From Candidatus Bathyarchaeota archaeon (GTDB taxonomy: Archaea; Thermoproteota; Bathyarchaeia; TCS64), in the NCBI GenBank assembly GCA_043826455.1, contig JBDRQD010000048.1, forward strand, positions 160,001-224,000: a DNA stretch of 64,000 nucleotides, in the 5' to 3' direction. Shown here piece by piece: positions 1 through 9,149 of this stretch. Below the pieces are notes generated by a model. That model was given only the letters and a program-made list of their open reading frames with translations, was not told the DNA's origin and searched no databases. Each line of letters opens with the position of its first letter. Within the stretch, counting starts at the first letter, position 1. Made by a program: the position numbers and the translations under genes.

Positions 1-2
1 GC

Positions 3-380
3 ATGAAAATGGTAGTAAAGGAAAAAGAGGAGCTCGTCTTCTTCGGGCCCGGCCTGAGCACACAGGAGATGGACGTGGAGTTCAAGAAACTCTACGACAG
101 CCTCATCACGTACAAGGTCAACATCTTCCACCTAGTGGACACCGTCTGCAAGGACTGCGAAGCTGGAGATCGCCTAGCCATGAACATCGCCGAGCGGGAC
201 AGCGCCCTGCTGCAGAGGCTGGTGGCAAAGGAGTGTGAGCAGAGACGGATGCTGAGGAAGGCCCAGAAGGAGAGCGTCCTGGATCAGCTGCGCGGAAAGG
301 CCCAGGCGGCCGCTTCCGTGGGCCAGGTCCTTGACGCGAGAGACGAGTCTCTTAAGAATCCGAGTGTGTATAGGAAGTAG
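3..380 (+). CDS. hypothetical protein (may be 5'-incomplete at window edge)
   Basis: 125-aa ORF with host-like GC3-rich codons, co-oriented with the next gene. Confidence 0.65.
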   Translation: MKMVVKEKEELVFFGPGLSTQEMDVEFKKLYDSLITYKVNIFHLVDTVCKDCEAGDRLAMNIAERDSALLQRLVAKECEQRRMLRKAQKESVLDQLRGKAQAAASVGQVLDARDESLKNPSVYRK

Positions 381-388
381 ATGAAGGG

Positions 389-712
389 ATGCAGGAAATC
401 ACCGTTAAACAGGTTCAGGACATAGTCCTTGAGACCCAGGCGGACAAGACCCTCCGGAACATGTTCATCCACAAGAGCCCGTGCGCCGGGAGCAGCGTGG
501 GTGCGGTGTTCTTCGCCATAAGCGGGACGCCGCCAAGGGGATACGCCATGTTCCTGCCGGAGGGAGGGAAGGACACGGGCACCCTACACGTCTTCGACCA
601 TCTGGGCCTGAAGAGGAAGATCCTGCACTGCAAGATCACCGACCTGGTGAACTACAGGGACAACGACGTCTGGGACGTACAGGCGGCCCAGGTAGCCGTC
701 GAGGCAAGGTAA
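389..712 (+). CDS. hypothetical protein
   Basis: 107-aa ORF 8 bp after the previous stop, host-like codon usage. Confidence 0.7.
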   Translation: MQEITVKQVQDIVLETQADKTLRNMFIHKSPCAGSSVGAVFFAISGTPPRGYAMFLPEGGKDTGTLHVFDHLGLKRKILHCKITDLVNYRDNDVWDVQAAQVAVEAR

Positions 713-758
713 GACCAGTGGTAGTCGACGCCACTATAAAACCCCCGGGGAATAACGG

Positions 759-2675
759 TTGAATCCTCAGACCCTCATCGCGGTGAACGTAGGGCTGCCC
801 GCTGTGGCGGCCCTAGCGTCGCTGATGCTGAACGATAAACGGATACGTACCGGCATCGTTTCCCTAACCTCAATAGTTTTGATTGTTTCATCCATCCTCC
901 TCTACATGGGGGGTGGAGTGATGTTCTCGCCGGCCCCCGTCATCGAGACGGCGGTCCTGGCGCTGGACTTCGCCTTGTTAGGCTACTTCCTCTTCGTGGG
1001 TTACAGGTCGCGGAGCCCCCTGGTGCTGGGCTTGGCCCTGCTCCAGCTTGTGCCCGTGGCCTACTTCGAGTTCATCTTGAAGGGCGCCCACGTGGAGCAC
1101 GTAATCGCCGTGGACGGCCTGTCCACGCTGCTTACGCTCATAATCAACATAGTTGGCAGCGTCGTCTGCATATACGCCCTGGGCTACATGGAGGAGCACG
1201 AGCGCCACCTGCACCTGGACCGGAGCAGGCAGGGCAGGTTCTTCTTCTACCTGGTGCTGCTGCTTGGCGCCATGAATGGCCTCGTCTACAGTAACAGCCT
1301 CTACTGGCTCTACTTCTTCTGGGAGGTGACCACCCTGTGCTGCTACGAGCTCATCAGGCACGACGGCACGGAGGAGGCGGAGAGGAACGCCGTCACGGCC
1401 CTATGGATGGGCCTCGTCGGAGGCGTCGGATTCGTGGCAGCCATGTTCGTGGGCTACGGCGCGGTGCACAGCATCTCCCTCACGGAGATGATGGCCGCCC
1501 CGAGCAGCCAGCTCCTGCTCATAGGCTTCGCCTTGATGGCGCTGGCCGCGTTCACAAAGTCGGCCCAGTTCCCGTTCCACGGCTGGCTCCTGGGGGCCAT
1601 GGTGGCCCCGACGCCGGTCTCGGCGCTGCTCCACAGTAGCACCATGGTGAACGCGGGCGTCTACATGCTGCTTCGGATAGCCCCCGCCATAAAGGGGACC
1701 TCGCTGTCCTACGTGATTGCTCTGGGCGGCGCGGTCACCTTCGTGGTGACCAGCTTCCTTGCCATAAGGCAGAGCGTCTCCAAGAGGGTGCTGGCCTACA
1801 GCACCATAGGTAACCTAGGCCTCATCATCTTGTGCATCGGCCTCAACACCGGGCTCAGCTACACCGCCGCGTTGACGCTGCTGTTCTTCCACAGCGTCGC
1901 CAAGGGCCTCCTCTTCATGGGGGCCGGCGTCGTGGAGAACAAGATAGGCAGCAGGAACATCGAGGACTGGGAGGGGCTGCTCGGCAGGATGCCGGTCACA
2001 AGCATGGTGATGATCATTGGCATGGTCAGCATGTTCCTGCCACCCTTCGGCATGCTCATAGGCAAGTGGGTGGCCGTGGACGCGGTGGCCTCGACGCCCC
2101 TCATCGTCGGGCTGCCACTGGTGGTGCTGGTGGTCCTGGGGAGCGCGGCCACCACCTTCTACTACGCCAAGTGGCTGGGCTTCCTAACGGTACTCCCCAA
2201 CAGCCTCGAGAAGAGGAAGGCGGAGAACCTTGAGACACCCTACAAGCTCTCGCTTTACACGCTGCTGGGCCTCAACATACTGGTGAGCATCGGCGCAGCC
2301 TTGGTGGTGGACGACATAGTCAACCCCATACTGGTGGCGGCCTACCCGCAGGCGGTGACCACGCCCGGCTACATGATAGACCTGGGCTTCACAGCCTTCC
2401 CGGTGTGGCCCCTCTGGGCCGCCGTCCTGGCCGTCGTGCTGATAGGCTCAACGGTGGCCAGGAGCAAGGGAGGCGTCCTCTCGCCGCCCTACCTGGGAGG
2501 GGAGAACGTGGCCGGCAAGCCCGTGACCTTCAGGACCACGGCCGACTCGGAGGTTGCCGTCGAGGTCTCGGGGGTCTACCTGGCCTCCCAGATTGACGAG
2601 GGCAGGGTCGACAGGCTGGCGGTGGGGGCGGGTATCCTTATAATGGCCCTTCTGTTTCTGGTGGTGATTGTCTGA
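759..2675 (+). CDS. echA: Ech hydrogenase subunit A (NuoL/MrpA-like antiporter membrane subunit)
   Basis: Polytopic; FFWE, KSAQFPFHGWL, AMVAPTPVSALLHSSTMV and LAYST motifs; first gene of an A-B-C-D-E-F cluster. Confidence 0.92.
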   Translation: MNPQTLIAVNVGLPAVAALASLMLNDKRIRTGIVSLTSIVLIVSSILLYMGGGVMFSPAPVIETAVLALDFALLGYFLFVGYRSRSPLVLGLALLQLVPVAYFEFILKGAHVEHVIAVDGLSTLLTLIINIVGSVVCIYALGYMEEHERHLHLDRSRQGRFFFYLVLLLGAMNGLVYSNSLYWLYFFWEVTTLCCYELIRHDGTEEAERNAVTALWMGLVGGVGFVAAMFVGYGAVHSISLTEMMAAPSSQLLLIGFALMALAAFTKSAQFPFHGWLLGAMVAPTPVSALLHSSTMVNAGVYMLLRIAPAIKGTSLSYVIALGGAVTFVVTSFLAIRQSVSKRVLAYSTIGNLGLIILCIGLNTGLSYTAALTLLFFHSVAKGLLFMGAGVVENKIGSRNIEDWEGLLGRMPVTSMVMIIGMVSMFLPPFGMLIGKWVAVDAVASTPLIVGLPLVVLVVLGSAATTFYYAKWLGFLTVLPNSLEKRKAENLETPYKLSLYTLLGLNILVSIGAALVVDDIVNPILVAAYPQAVTTPGYMIDLGFTAFPVWPLWAAVLAVVLIGSTVARSKGGVLSPPYLGGENVAGKPVTFRTTADSEVAVEVSGVYLASQIDEGRVDRLAVGAGILIMALLFLVVIV

Positions 2676-3538
2676 TGGATGCAGCCTCAACCCTCATCAG
2701 CCTCGCACTAGCCCTGGCCGCCCCCCTCATGGGGGGAGTCCTCTCAGGGATCGACAGGAAGCTGACGGCCCGCATGCAGGAGCGTGTGGGGCCGCCGCTC
2801 CTCCAGCCCTTCTACGACGTCATCAAGCTGTGGGCCAAGCAGCCCATGATCGCGAGCAGCCTGCAGCCGGTGCTGGCCTTCGGTTACCTGGGCTTCGCCC
2901 TGGTGGCGGCCGGCATGGTGACCTTCAGGCAGGACCTGCTGCTGGTGCTATTCGTCACCGCCCTGGCCGACATCTGCCTCACCGTTGCGGCCCTCAACGC
3001 CAAGAGCCCCTACAGCTACCTGGGCGCCCGCCGCGAGTTCCTCAGCATGCTGAGCTACGAGCCGGTGATGCTCCTGGCATACGTGGCCATATTCCTGGTG
3101 ACGGGCAGCTTCACGGTCCAGGGGGTCCTGGACTACGGCCGGCCCCTGCTGCTGGTACTGCCTGCGGCCCTGGTGGCGCTGCAGCTGGTGCTGGTGGTGG
3201 AGATGAAGAAGAGCCCCTTCGATGTGAGCGGAAGCGGCCACGCCCACCAGGAACTGGTTCGGGGCGTATACACGGAGCTGAGCGGCTACACCATGGCCCT
3301 GGTTGAGGTGGGCCACTGGGCCAAGGTGGCCACAACCCTCATGATCCTCAGCCTCTTCTGGGCACCCAACCCGGTGATAGGAGCGGCCATCAGCCTGGCC
3401 ATGTTCTTCGTAACCCTAGTGGTGGACAACGTCTACCCCCGGCTCACCTGGCAGCGGATGCTCAAGACCACCTGGGCCCTGGGCTTCACGCTGATAGTGC
3501 TCAACATAGCGGCCCTGGCCGCCGGAGGCGTCATCTAG
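2675..3538 (+). CDS. echB: Ech hydrogenase subunit B (NuoH-like)
   Basis: DRKLTARMQERVGPPLLQPFYDVIKL and KSPFD...HQELVRG motifs; TGATG overlap with echA. Confidence 0.93.
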   Translation: MDAASTLISLALALAAPLMGGVLSGIDRKLTARMQERVGPPLLQPFYDVIKLWAKQPMIASSLQPVLAFGYLGFALVAAGMVTFRQDLLLVLFVTALADICLTVAALNAKSPYSYLGARREFLSMLSYEPVMLLAYVAIFLVTGSFTVQGVLDYGRPLLLVLPAALVALQLVLVVEMKKSPFDVSGSGHAHQELVRGVYTELSGYTMALVEVGHWAKVATTLMILSLFWAPNPVIGAAISLAMFFVTLVVDNVYPRLTWQRMLKTTWALGFTLIVLNIAALAAGGVI

Positions 3539-3978
3539 TGTCGCTGATACAGAAGGCCCGGCTCAAGAGCCTCTGGCTGCTCCACTACGACTGCGGCAGC
3601 TGCAACGGCTGCGACATAGAGGTCCTGGCCGCACTGACACCCAAGTTCGACGCCGAGCGCTTCGGCATCATCAACATAGGCGACCCCAAGCAGGCCGACG
3701 TCCTCGTCGTCACGGGCCCAGCCAACAGGCGCAACCAGAGGGTCCTCAGAAACCTGTACGAGCAGATGCCTGAGCCCAAGCTGGTGATAGCCGTAGGCAC
3801 CTGCGCAGCCACGGGCGGAGTCTTCCACAACTGCCCCAACGTGCTGGGCGGCGTGGACAAGGTGATCCCGGTGGACGTCTACGTACCCGGGTGCGCCGTG
3901 CGCCCCGAGCAGATAATAGACGCCGTGGTGCTGGCCCTGGACAAGCTGGCCGGCAAGGCGCCCAAGGAGGAAGAGTGA
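3538..3978 (+). CDS. echC: Ech hydrogenase small subunit C (NuoB-like, 4Fe-4S)
   Basis: SCNGCDIE, GTCA and VPGC cysteine motifs. Confidence 0.95.
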   Translation: MSLIQKARLKSLWLLHYDCGSCNGCDIEVLAALTPKFDAERFGIINIGDPKQADVLVVTGPANRRNQRVLRNLYEQMPEPKLVIAVGTCAATGGVFHNCPNVLGGVDKVIPVDVYVPGCAVRPEQIIDAVVLALDKLAGKAPKEEE

Positions 3979-5774
3979 TGCAGACAGTGAAGGGCGCGGC
4001 CCGGGAGCACACGGTGCAGATGGGCGGCCTCCTAGAGAAGGTAGGGGAGCTGAAGCAGAGGAACGCAAGGTTCATCACCACCACCCTCAGGGACCTGGGC
4101 GGCTCCCTGGAGGTCATCCACCACTTCGAGGTGGGCGGCGTCGTGGAGAACATCCACATGACCGTCCCCAAGGGTGAGCCCATCCAGAGCGTAACCCCCG
4201 AGTACCCGGTGGCCTTCATAGCCGAGAACGAGGCCCGGGACCTGTTCAACGTTGAGTTCAAGGACCTGGCCCTGGACCTGGGCGGAAAGATGCTCAAGAT
4301 CGCCACAAGCCCCTCCACGCTGCTGAAGCCGGCGGAGGGCCCCCAGCCCCCCATCATGAGGAAGCTGGGCCCCTGCAGGGAGGAGTGCCCCGCCATGGTG
4401 AACATCCCCCGGTACATACGGGAGGTGGAGGCAGGCGAGTACGAGGCCGCATACGACACCATCATCGACAGGGCCCCCATACCGGCCATCCTGGGCCGCG
4501 TATGCTTCGCCCCCTGCCAGGATGGGTGCAGGCAGGTATTCGAGGCCAAGCCCATCCAGATCAGGCTCCTGAAGAGGGTCGCAGCTGACGGGTTCAAGGA
4601 GCAGAACGGTGGCCTGGTACGCAACGTCCAGCGGAAGACCGCGACGGGCAAACGTGTGGCCGTCATCGGCGGAGGCCCCGCCGGCGTCTCGGCCGCCTAC
4701 TACCTGGGCATGCTGGGCCACAGCGTCATCCTATACGAGAAGAGCGGCATCCTGGGCGGAGCCATGGCGTGGGGCATACCCAAGTACAGGCTCCCCAAGG
4801 ACATCATGGTGGAGGAGCTGGAAGCAAGGCTGGAGGAGGCCGGCGCAGAGGTCAGGCTCAACGCCGAGGTCACGGACCTGGACCGGCTCATGGAGGAGGG
4901 CTACGACGCCGCCTTCATAGGCATAGGCGCCGAGAAGTGCAATGACCTCAGGTGCAAGGGCGAGGACAGTGAGGGCGTCATAACCTTCACCGATCTTCTC
5001 ACAGCCGTCAACATCAGGAACGAGACCCCGGACCTGGGCAGACGCGTCGCCATCATAGGCGGCGGCAACAGCGCCATGGACTCAGCCAGGACCGCCAGGC
5101 GGCTGGGGGCCGAGGAGGTGACCGTCTACTACAGGCGCATGGAGGAGGAGATGCCCGCCAGCCTCCACGAGCTGAGCGGAGCCATAGAGGAGGACATCAA
5201 CTTTGACTTCCTCAGCAGCCAGATCATCATCCACCCAGGAAAGCCTCTCATCATCGAGTTCCAGCCCATGGTTCCCGGTGAGCCCGACGAGTCAGGCAGA
5301 CGCCGGCCGGTGCCCATGGAGGGCCTAAGCCACAAGGTGGAGGTGGACACAATAGTCTCGGCCATCGGCTCCTACTGCGTGGTGCCCCCCGGATTCAAGG
5401 TGGAGGTGAGCCGCCACGGCAACATCGTCATCGACGAGAACATGAAGACCAGCAGGGACGGCGTCTACGCCGGAGGCGACATCGCCTACGGCACAAGCAA
5501 CGTCATATCCTCCCTCAGGGACGGCAGGCGCGCCGCCTCATCCATCGACAAGTACCTAGGAGGCGAAGGCCTCGACGAGCCGGTCCCCGACATGAGCGAG
5601 TTCGTCTCCAGGCAGGCCGACCTGGACGAGATCAGGGCCCGCGACCAGGCCCCCATCCCCGAACTGGAGGCCGAGGAGCGCATCAAGAGCTTCGCGGAGA
5701 TAGAGCTACTCCTGGAGAAGTGCACAGCGAATTGCGAGGCGGGGAGATGCTGGAGGTGCGACTGGAATGAGTGA
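3978..5774 (+). CDS. echD: EchD (NuoC-like) fused to a GltD/DsrL-like FAD- and NAD(P)H-binding Fe-S oxidoreductase
   Basis: ATG at 3978 overlaps the echC TGA. First ~115 aa carry the EchD motif FIAENEARDLFNVEF; then PCREECP, GRVCFAPCQDGC, GGGPAG, GIPKYRLP, GGGNSAMD, YRR, GGD and C-terminal EAGRCWRC. Confidence 0.88.
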   Translation: MQTVKGAAREHTVQMGGLLEKVGELKQRNARFITTTLRDLGGSLEVIHHFEVGGVVENIHMTVPKGEPIQSVTPEYPVAFIAENEARDLFNVEFKDLALDLGGKMLKIATSPSTLLKPAEGPQPPIMRKLGPCREECPAMVNIPRYIREVEAGEYEAAYDTIIDRAPIPAILGRVCFAPCQDGCRQVFEAKPIQIRLLKRVAADGFKEQNGGLVRNVQRKTATGKRVAVIGGGPAGVSAAYYLGMLGHSVILYEKSGILGGAMAWGIPKYRLPKDIMVEELEARLEEAGAEVRLNAEVTDLDRLMEEGYDAAFIGIGAEKCNDLRCKGEDSEGVITFTDLLTAVNIRNETPDLGRRVAIIGGGNSAMDSARTARRLGAEEVTVYYRRMEEEMPASLHELSGAIEEDINFDFLSSQIIIHPGKPLIIEFQPMVPGEPDESGRRRPVPMEGLSHKVEVDTIVSAIGSYCVVPPGFKVEVSRHGNIVIDENMKTSRDGVYAGGDIAYGTSNVISSLRDGRRAASSIDKYLGGEGLDEPVPDMSEFVSRQADLDEIRARDQAPIPELEAEERIKSFAEIELLLEKCTANCEAGRCWRCDWNE

Positions 5775-6879
5775 CAAACAGAACCTGACCATCATACCCT
5801 TCGGGCCGCAGCACCCGGTGCTCCCCGAGCCCATACAGCTGCAGTTCTACGTGGACGAGGAGAGGATCGTGGACGTCATACCCAACATAGGGTACGTCCA
5901 CAGGGGCATAGAGCGCGCCATAGAGCTCAACGACTACAGGCGCAACCTGTACCTCTGCGAGCGCATCTGCGGCATCTGCAACATAATCCACGGCCAGACC
6001 TACGCGGGCCTCATAGAGAAGATGACCGACACACAGGTCCCCCTCAGGGCCAAGTACCTGCGCACCATATGGTCCGAGGTGGCCAGGCTCCAGAGCCACC
6101 TACTCTGGCTGGGCCTATTCGCCGAGGCCATAGGCTTCGAGAGCCTATTCATGAAGACGTGGCGCGACAGGGAGATCGTGCTGGAGCTGACGGAGGCAAC
6201 CAACGGCCACAGGATACACATGGGCACCACGGCCATCGGCGGCGTCATCAAGGACATGGACGAGAGGCTCAGGGACAGGTACCTCACGGACATGGGCCGT
6301 CTGGAGAAGGAGGTGAACGACTGGAGCCACGTCTTCTATAAGGACGCGGCCTTCAAGGAGAAGACCATGGGCAAGGGCATCCTGCCCAAGGCGGACGCCG
6401 TCCACCTAGGGGCAGTAGGCCCGGTGATACGCGGCAGCGGCATCCCCAACGACATCAGGACCACGGGATACGAGGCCTACGGCGAGCTAGAATTCAAGCC
6501 CATCACGCATGAAGGCTGCGACAGCTACGCCAGGACCCTGGTGCGGATGGACGAGGTCTACCAGAGCATCGGCCTCATCAGGCAGGCCATCAAGCAGCTC
6601 CCCGAGGGACCCATAATCGAGAAGAACGACAGGTTCCCCGACGGCGAAGCCATGATCCGCACCGAGCAGCCCAGGGGAGAGGTCTTCTACTACGGCAAAG
6701 GGAACGGCACCATCTATCTGGAGCGGTGCAGGATCAGGACCCCAACGATACCCAACATACCTCCGCTGCTGAGGATGCTGGTGGGCTATGAGGTGGCTGA
6801 CATACCGACGATAGTCCACAGCATCGACCCGTGCATGAGCTGCACCGAGCGCATCACCCAGGTGAAGGAGGCCTCCTAG
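5767..6879 (+). CDS. echE: Ech hydrogenase large [NiFe] subunit E (group 4)
   Basis: GPQHP, GYVHRGIE, L1 motif ERICGIC, L2 motif DPCMSC-TER. Confidence 0.95.
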   Translation: MSDKQNLTIIPFGPQHPVLPEPIQLQFYVDEERIVDVIPNIGYVHRGIERAIELNDYRRNLYLCERICGICNIIHGQTYAGLIEKMTDTQVPLRAKYLRTIWSEVARLQSHLLWLGLFAEAIGFESLFMKTWRDREIVLELTEATNGHRIHMGTTAIGGVIKDMDERLRDRYLTDMGRLEKEVNDWSHVFYKDAAFKEKTMGKGILPKADAVHLGAVGPVIRGSGIPNDIRTTGYEAYGELEFKPITHEGCDSYARTLVRMDEVYQSIGLIRQAIKQLPEGPIIEKNDRFPDGEAMIRTEQPRGEVFYYGKGNGTIYLERCRIRTPTIPNIPPLLRMLVGYEVADIPTIVHSIDPCMSCTERITQVKEAS

Positions 6880-7209
6880 ATGCCCAGGTTCCTACGAAAC
6901 GTACTCGAGAACCTCTTCGGTAAGCCGGCGACGGTCAGGTACCCCTTCGAGAAGCCGCCGCTGCCCGAGGGCACAAGGGGCGAGCTCAACTTCAACATGG
7001 TGCGGTGCGACCAGTGCCAGGACTGCGAGAGGATATGCCCCTCGGCCGCCATCACGGTGCACGTGGAGGAGAAGACCATCGACTGGGAGCCCTTCAAGTG
7101 CATCTACTGCCACGCCTGCGTCAGGGCCTGCATGCACAAGGCCATAGAGGCCAAGGACAACGTCTCCAGCCCCGGCTACAAGGTAGCCAAGAAGACGTTC
7201 AAGGCCTAG
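6880..7209 (+). CDS. echF: Ech hydrogenase subunit F (2x4Fe-4S, NuoI-like)
   Basis: PATVRYP, CDQCQDCERICP and CIYCHACVRAC. Confidence 0.93.
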   Translation: MPRFLRNVLENLFGKPATVRYPFEKPPLPEGTRGELNFNMVRCDQCQDCERICPSAAITVHVEEKTIDWEPFKCIYCHACVRACMHKAIEAKDNVSSPGYKVAKKTFKA

Positions 7210-8210
7210 CCCCCGTCTTCACCCAACCTTTTCAGTACCCTGCAGATGTCTAGGCCCAGCCAAAGCTCCCTCTCACGGGTCACAGGCGTGTCCTTCTCCA
7301 CGTCACCAGCCTTGTAGCTTGTGCTCCACAGTCCGTCGGGCCTCTGATGCTCCACTAGCCAGTCCACGGCCCTCCTGATATCCGGGTCGTCCCGGCTGAA
7401 CCCCATCCGTGAGAGACTGTCCAGGCTGGTCACCAGGTTGGGCCACCAGAAAAGGAACCTGACCCAGTAGCCAGGGTCCCTGTACGATGTGTACGCGTCG
7501 GGCTTGAAAAAACGGCTCTTGAGAAGCCTAGCGGCTTGGAGCGCCTCCTCCCTGCGCCGGTACTCGGGGTGGACAGCGAAGGCACGAAGTACCATATCTG
7601 TCCAGTTGTGGCTGAAGGGCTTGGAGCGGTCCGGCTCAAGGGTCTCCCAAGGCCCCGCGGTGGCCCTGAGCCCCGTCGTGCGATCCAGCCTGCGGGTGAT
7701 GAGGGGCACCGTCCAGCCGCCGTCTCCCTGCCTCATGGAGAGAAGCCACTGGAAGCCCCTGCGGATGCGGTGGTCGTCGCCGTAGCCGCAGAGTATTAGC
7801 ACCGCCATGGTCTCACCTGTGTAGTAGGTGGCGTACTGGTCTCCGATGAAACCCCGGAAATCGCCTTCTAGGGTCTGCCAACCGAACATGTACTCGGAGG
7901 CCCTGGCGACGGCCTCGTGGTCCCGGGTGAGCTGGTGCCTCCTGACCAATACCCTGAGAGCCTTGAACGTCTCCACCAGCGCTCTACGCCCCGGCGGGTA
8001 CCCCTCCTCCTTGCCCGAGGGCCTCCAAGAACCGTCGTCCCTCTGCTTCATGAGAATCTTCCTAACCTCCGGTAGACCCCATACCGCCTCTACGGGGCCC
8101 GGATTTTCGCCTAGGATGTCACGCCTAGCGAAGTACGTCACCGCAGCACTCCCTGACGTAGTTAAAGCCTTTAATGGGTCATGTCTCAGCTCATCAAACA
8201 AATCAGTCAA
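7206..8210 (-). CDS. prenyltransferase/squalene-oxidase repeat (alpha/alpha-barrel) protein
   Basis: Repeated QxxDGxW motifs: QRDDGSW, QGDGGW, QRPDGLW. Confidence 0.75.
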   Translation of the reverse strand: MTDLFDELRHDPLKALTTSGSAAVTYFARRDILGENPGPVEAVWGLPEVRKILMKQRDDGSWRPSGKEEGYPPGRRALVETFKALRVLVRRHQLTRDHEAVARASEYMFGWQTLEGDFRGFIGDQYATYYTGETMAVLILCGYGDDHRIRRGFQWLLSMRQGDGGWTVPLITRRLDRTTGLRATAGPWETLEPDRSKPFSHNWTDMVLRAFAVHPEYRRREEALQAARLLKSRFFKPDAYTSYRDPGYWVRFLFWWPNLVTSLDSLSRMGFSRDDPDIRRAVDWLVEHQRPDGLWSTSYKAGDVEKDTPVTRERELWLGLDICRVLKRLGEDGG

Positions 8211-8290
8211 GGCCTGTTAATCACCCACTGAACCCGAGTAGCGGCTCCGAGTTCAGCTAGGTTTAACTCCGATAAGAATCCGGCGCCCGG

Positions 8291-8632
8291 CTACTTGTAC
8301 TGCTCCTTGTAGGAGGTCTCCTCCAGCATGTCCAGCCGAGCCTCCAGACGGGCCAGGCTCATCTCTATCTTCATCAAACCGTCCCTGAGGCCGTCAGCGA
8401 TCTCCATGAGGGCCACGCTCATCTCCAGGGGCAGGTCCCCCTTCACCTGGTAGAACTCGTCTTGGCTCTTCTTGATGAGGATGACGTTGCTGATCCTGTG
8501 GATGCCCTCGATCTGGGCGTTGAAGCTCTGGAGCTGCTTCTTAGCCTCGTCCAGCAGGGCCCTGTAGTCGCTGAGCTTGAGGTCCTCCCAGGGTGTGTCA
8601 GTCAAGTCGCTCCACCTGAAGCTCCGTTTCAC
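8291..8632 (-). CDS. hypothetical coiled-coil protein
   Basis: 113-aa helical ORF with host-like codon usage and AT-rich upstream region. Confidence 0.65.
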   Translation of the reverse strand: MKRSFRWSDLTDTPWEDLKLSDYRALLDEAKKQLQSFNAQIEGIHRISNVILIKKSQDEFYQVKGDLPLEMSVALMEIADGLRDGLMKIEMSLARLEARLDMLEETSYKEQYK

Positions 8633-8750
8633 GTAATTTTAAAGGATTCCCCGGGCAAAGGAGGCCGTTTCAGCGTTTTCTCATATTTTTCCCGGGAAAA
8701 ACGTTAACACTGTACAGAGGACCCAAGTTAGTTTTTCGGTAAAATGAAAG

Positions 8751-8888
8751 TGCCCGAACGGTCTCGTCCCGGAGACGAAGGTTTCCACCGAGCCAAAGCC
8801 CAGCGCTTCCCTCTGAAGCCCGTCTCCGCTTCTCCGCGACCCACTGGTCTTCCGCTTCTTGGGCCCTTGGGTCGCTCCCATTCGGGCA
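8751..8888 (-). ncRNA. candidate structured non-coding RNA (~138 nt, multi-stem)
   Basis: Closing stem 8751-8761/8878-8888; inner perfect 8-bp stems 8770-8777/8821-8828 and 8836-8843/8868-8875; mismatches become G-U pairs on the minus strand; TATAA ~24-28 nt upstream and T-rich run downstream on minus. Confidence 0.5.
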
Positions 8889-9149
8889 AAACATTATTGT
8901 CCACTTGTCTGTTATAGGCTTGGTGTTGAGTGCCAGCCACAAGCCGGGGCCCGCTGGACACCTAAAACACACAGGTTTTGCGTCAAACATGTTAATAATA
9001 TCCCATCCATCTAGGACAACCAATTTTATAGCTGCCCCCGATCAAGTGCAGCACTCCCACCCCCTAGAATTGTATCGCTCATACATTATTCCCCGGTGAC
9101 TACCCGACACGGGCTAATCTTTTCAACCTGGGGGGAGACACTTAAACTG

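Noticed and set aside
6850..6879. Short C-terminal extension after DPCMSCTER in EchE as a maturation peptide
   Set aside because: Only 8 residues, no protease gene nearby, and tail length varies in group 4 hydrogenases
8670..9099. Short ORFs across the 8.6-9.1 kb intergenic region
   Set aside because: Atypical codon usage and no motifs; the nested stems are better explained as RNA structure
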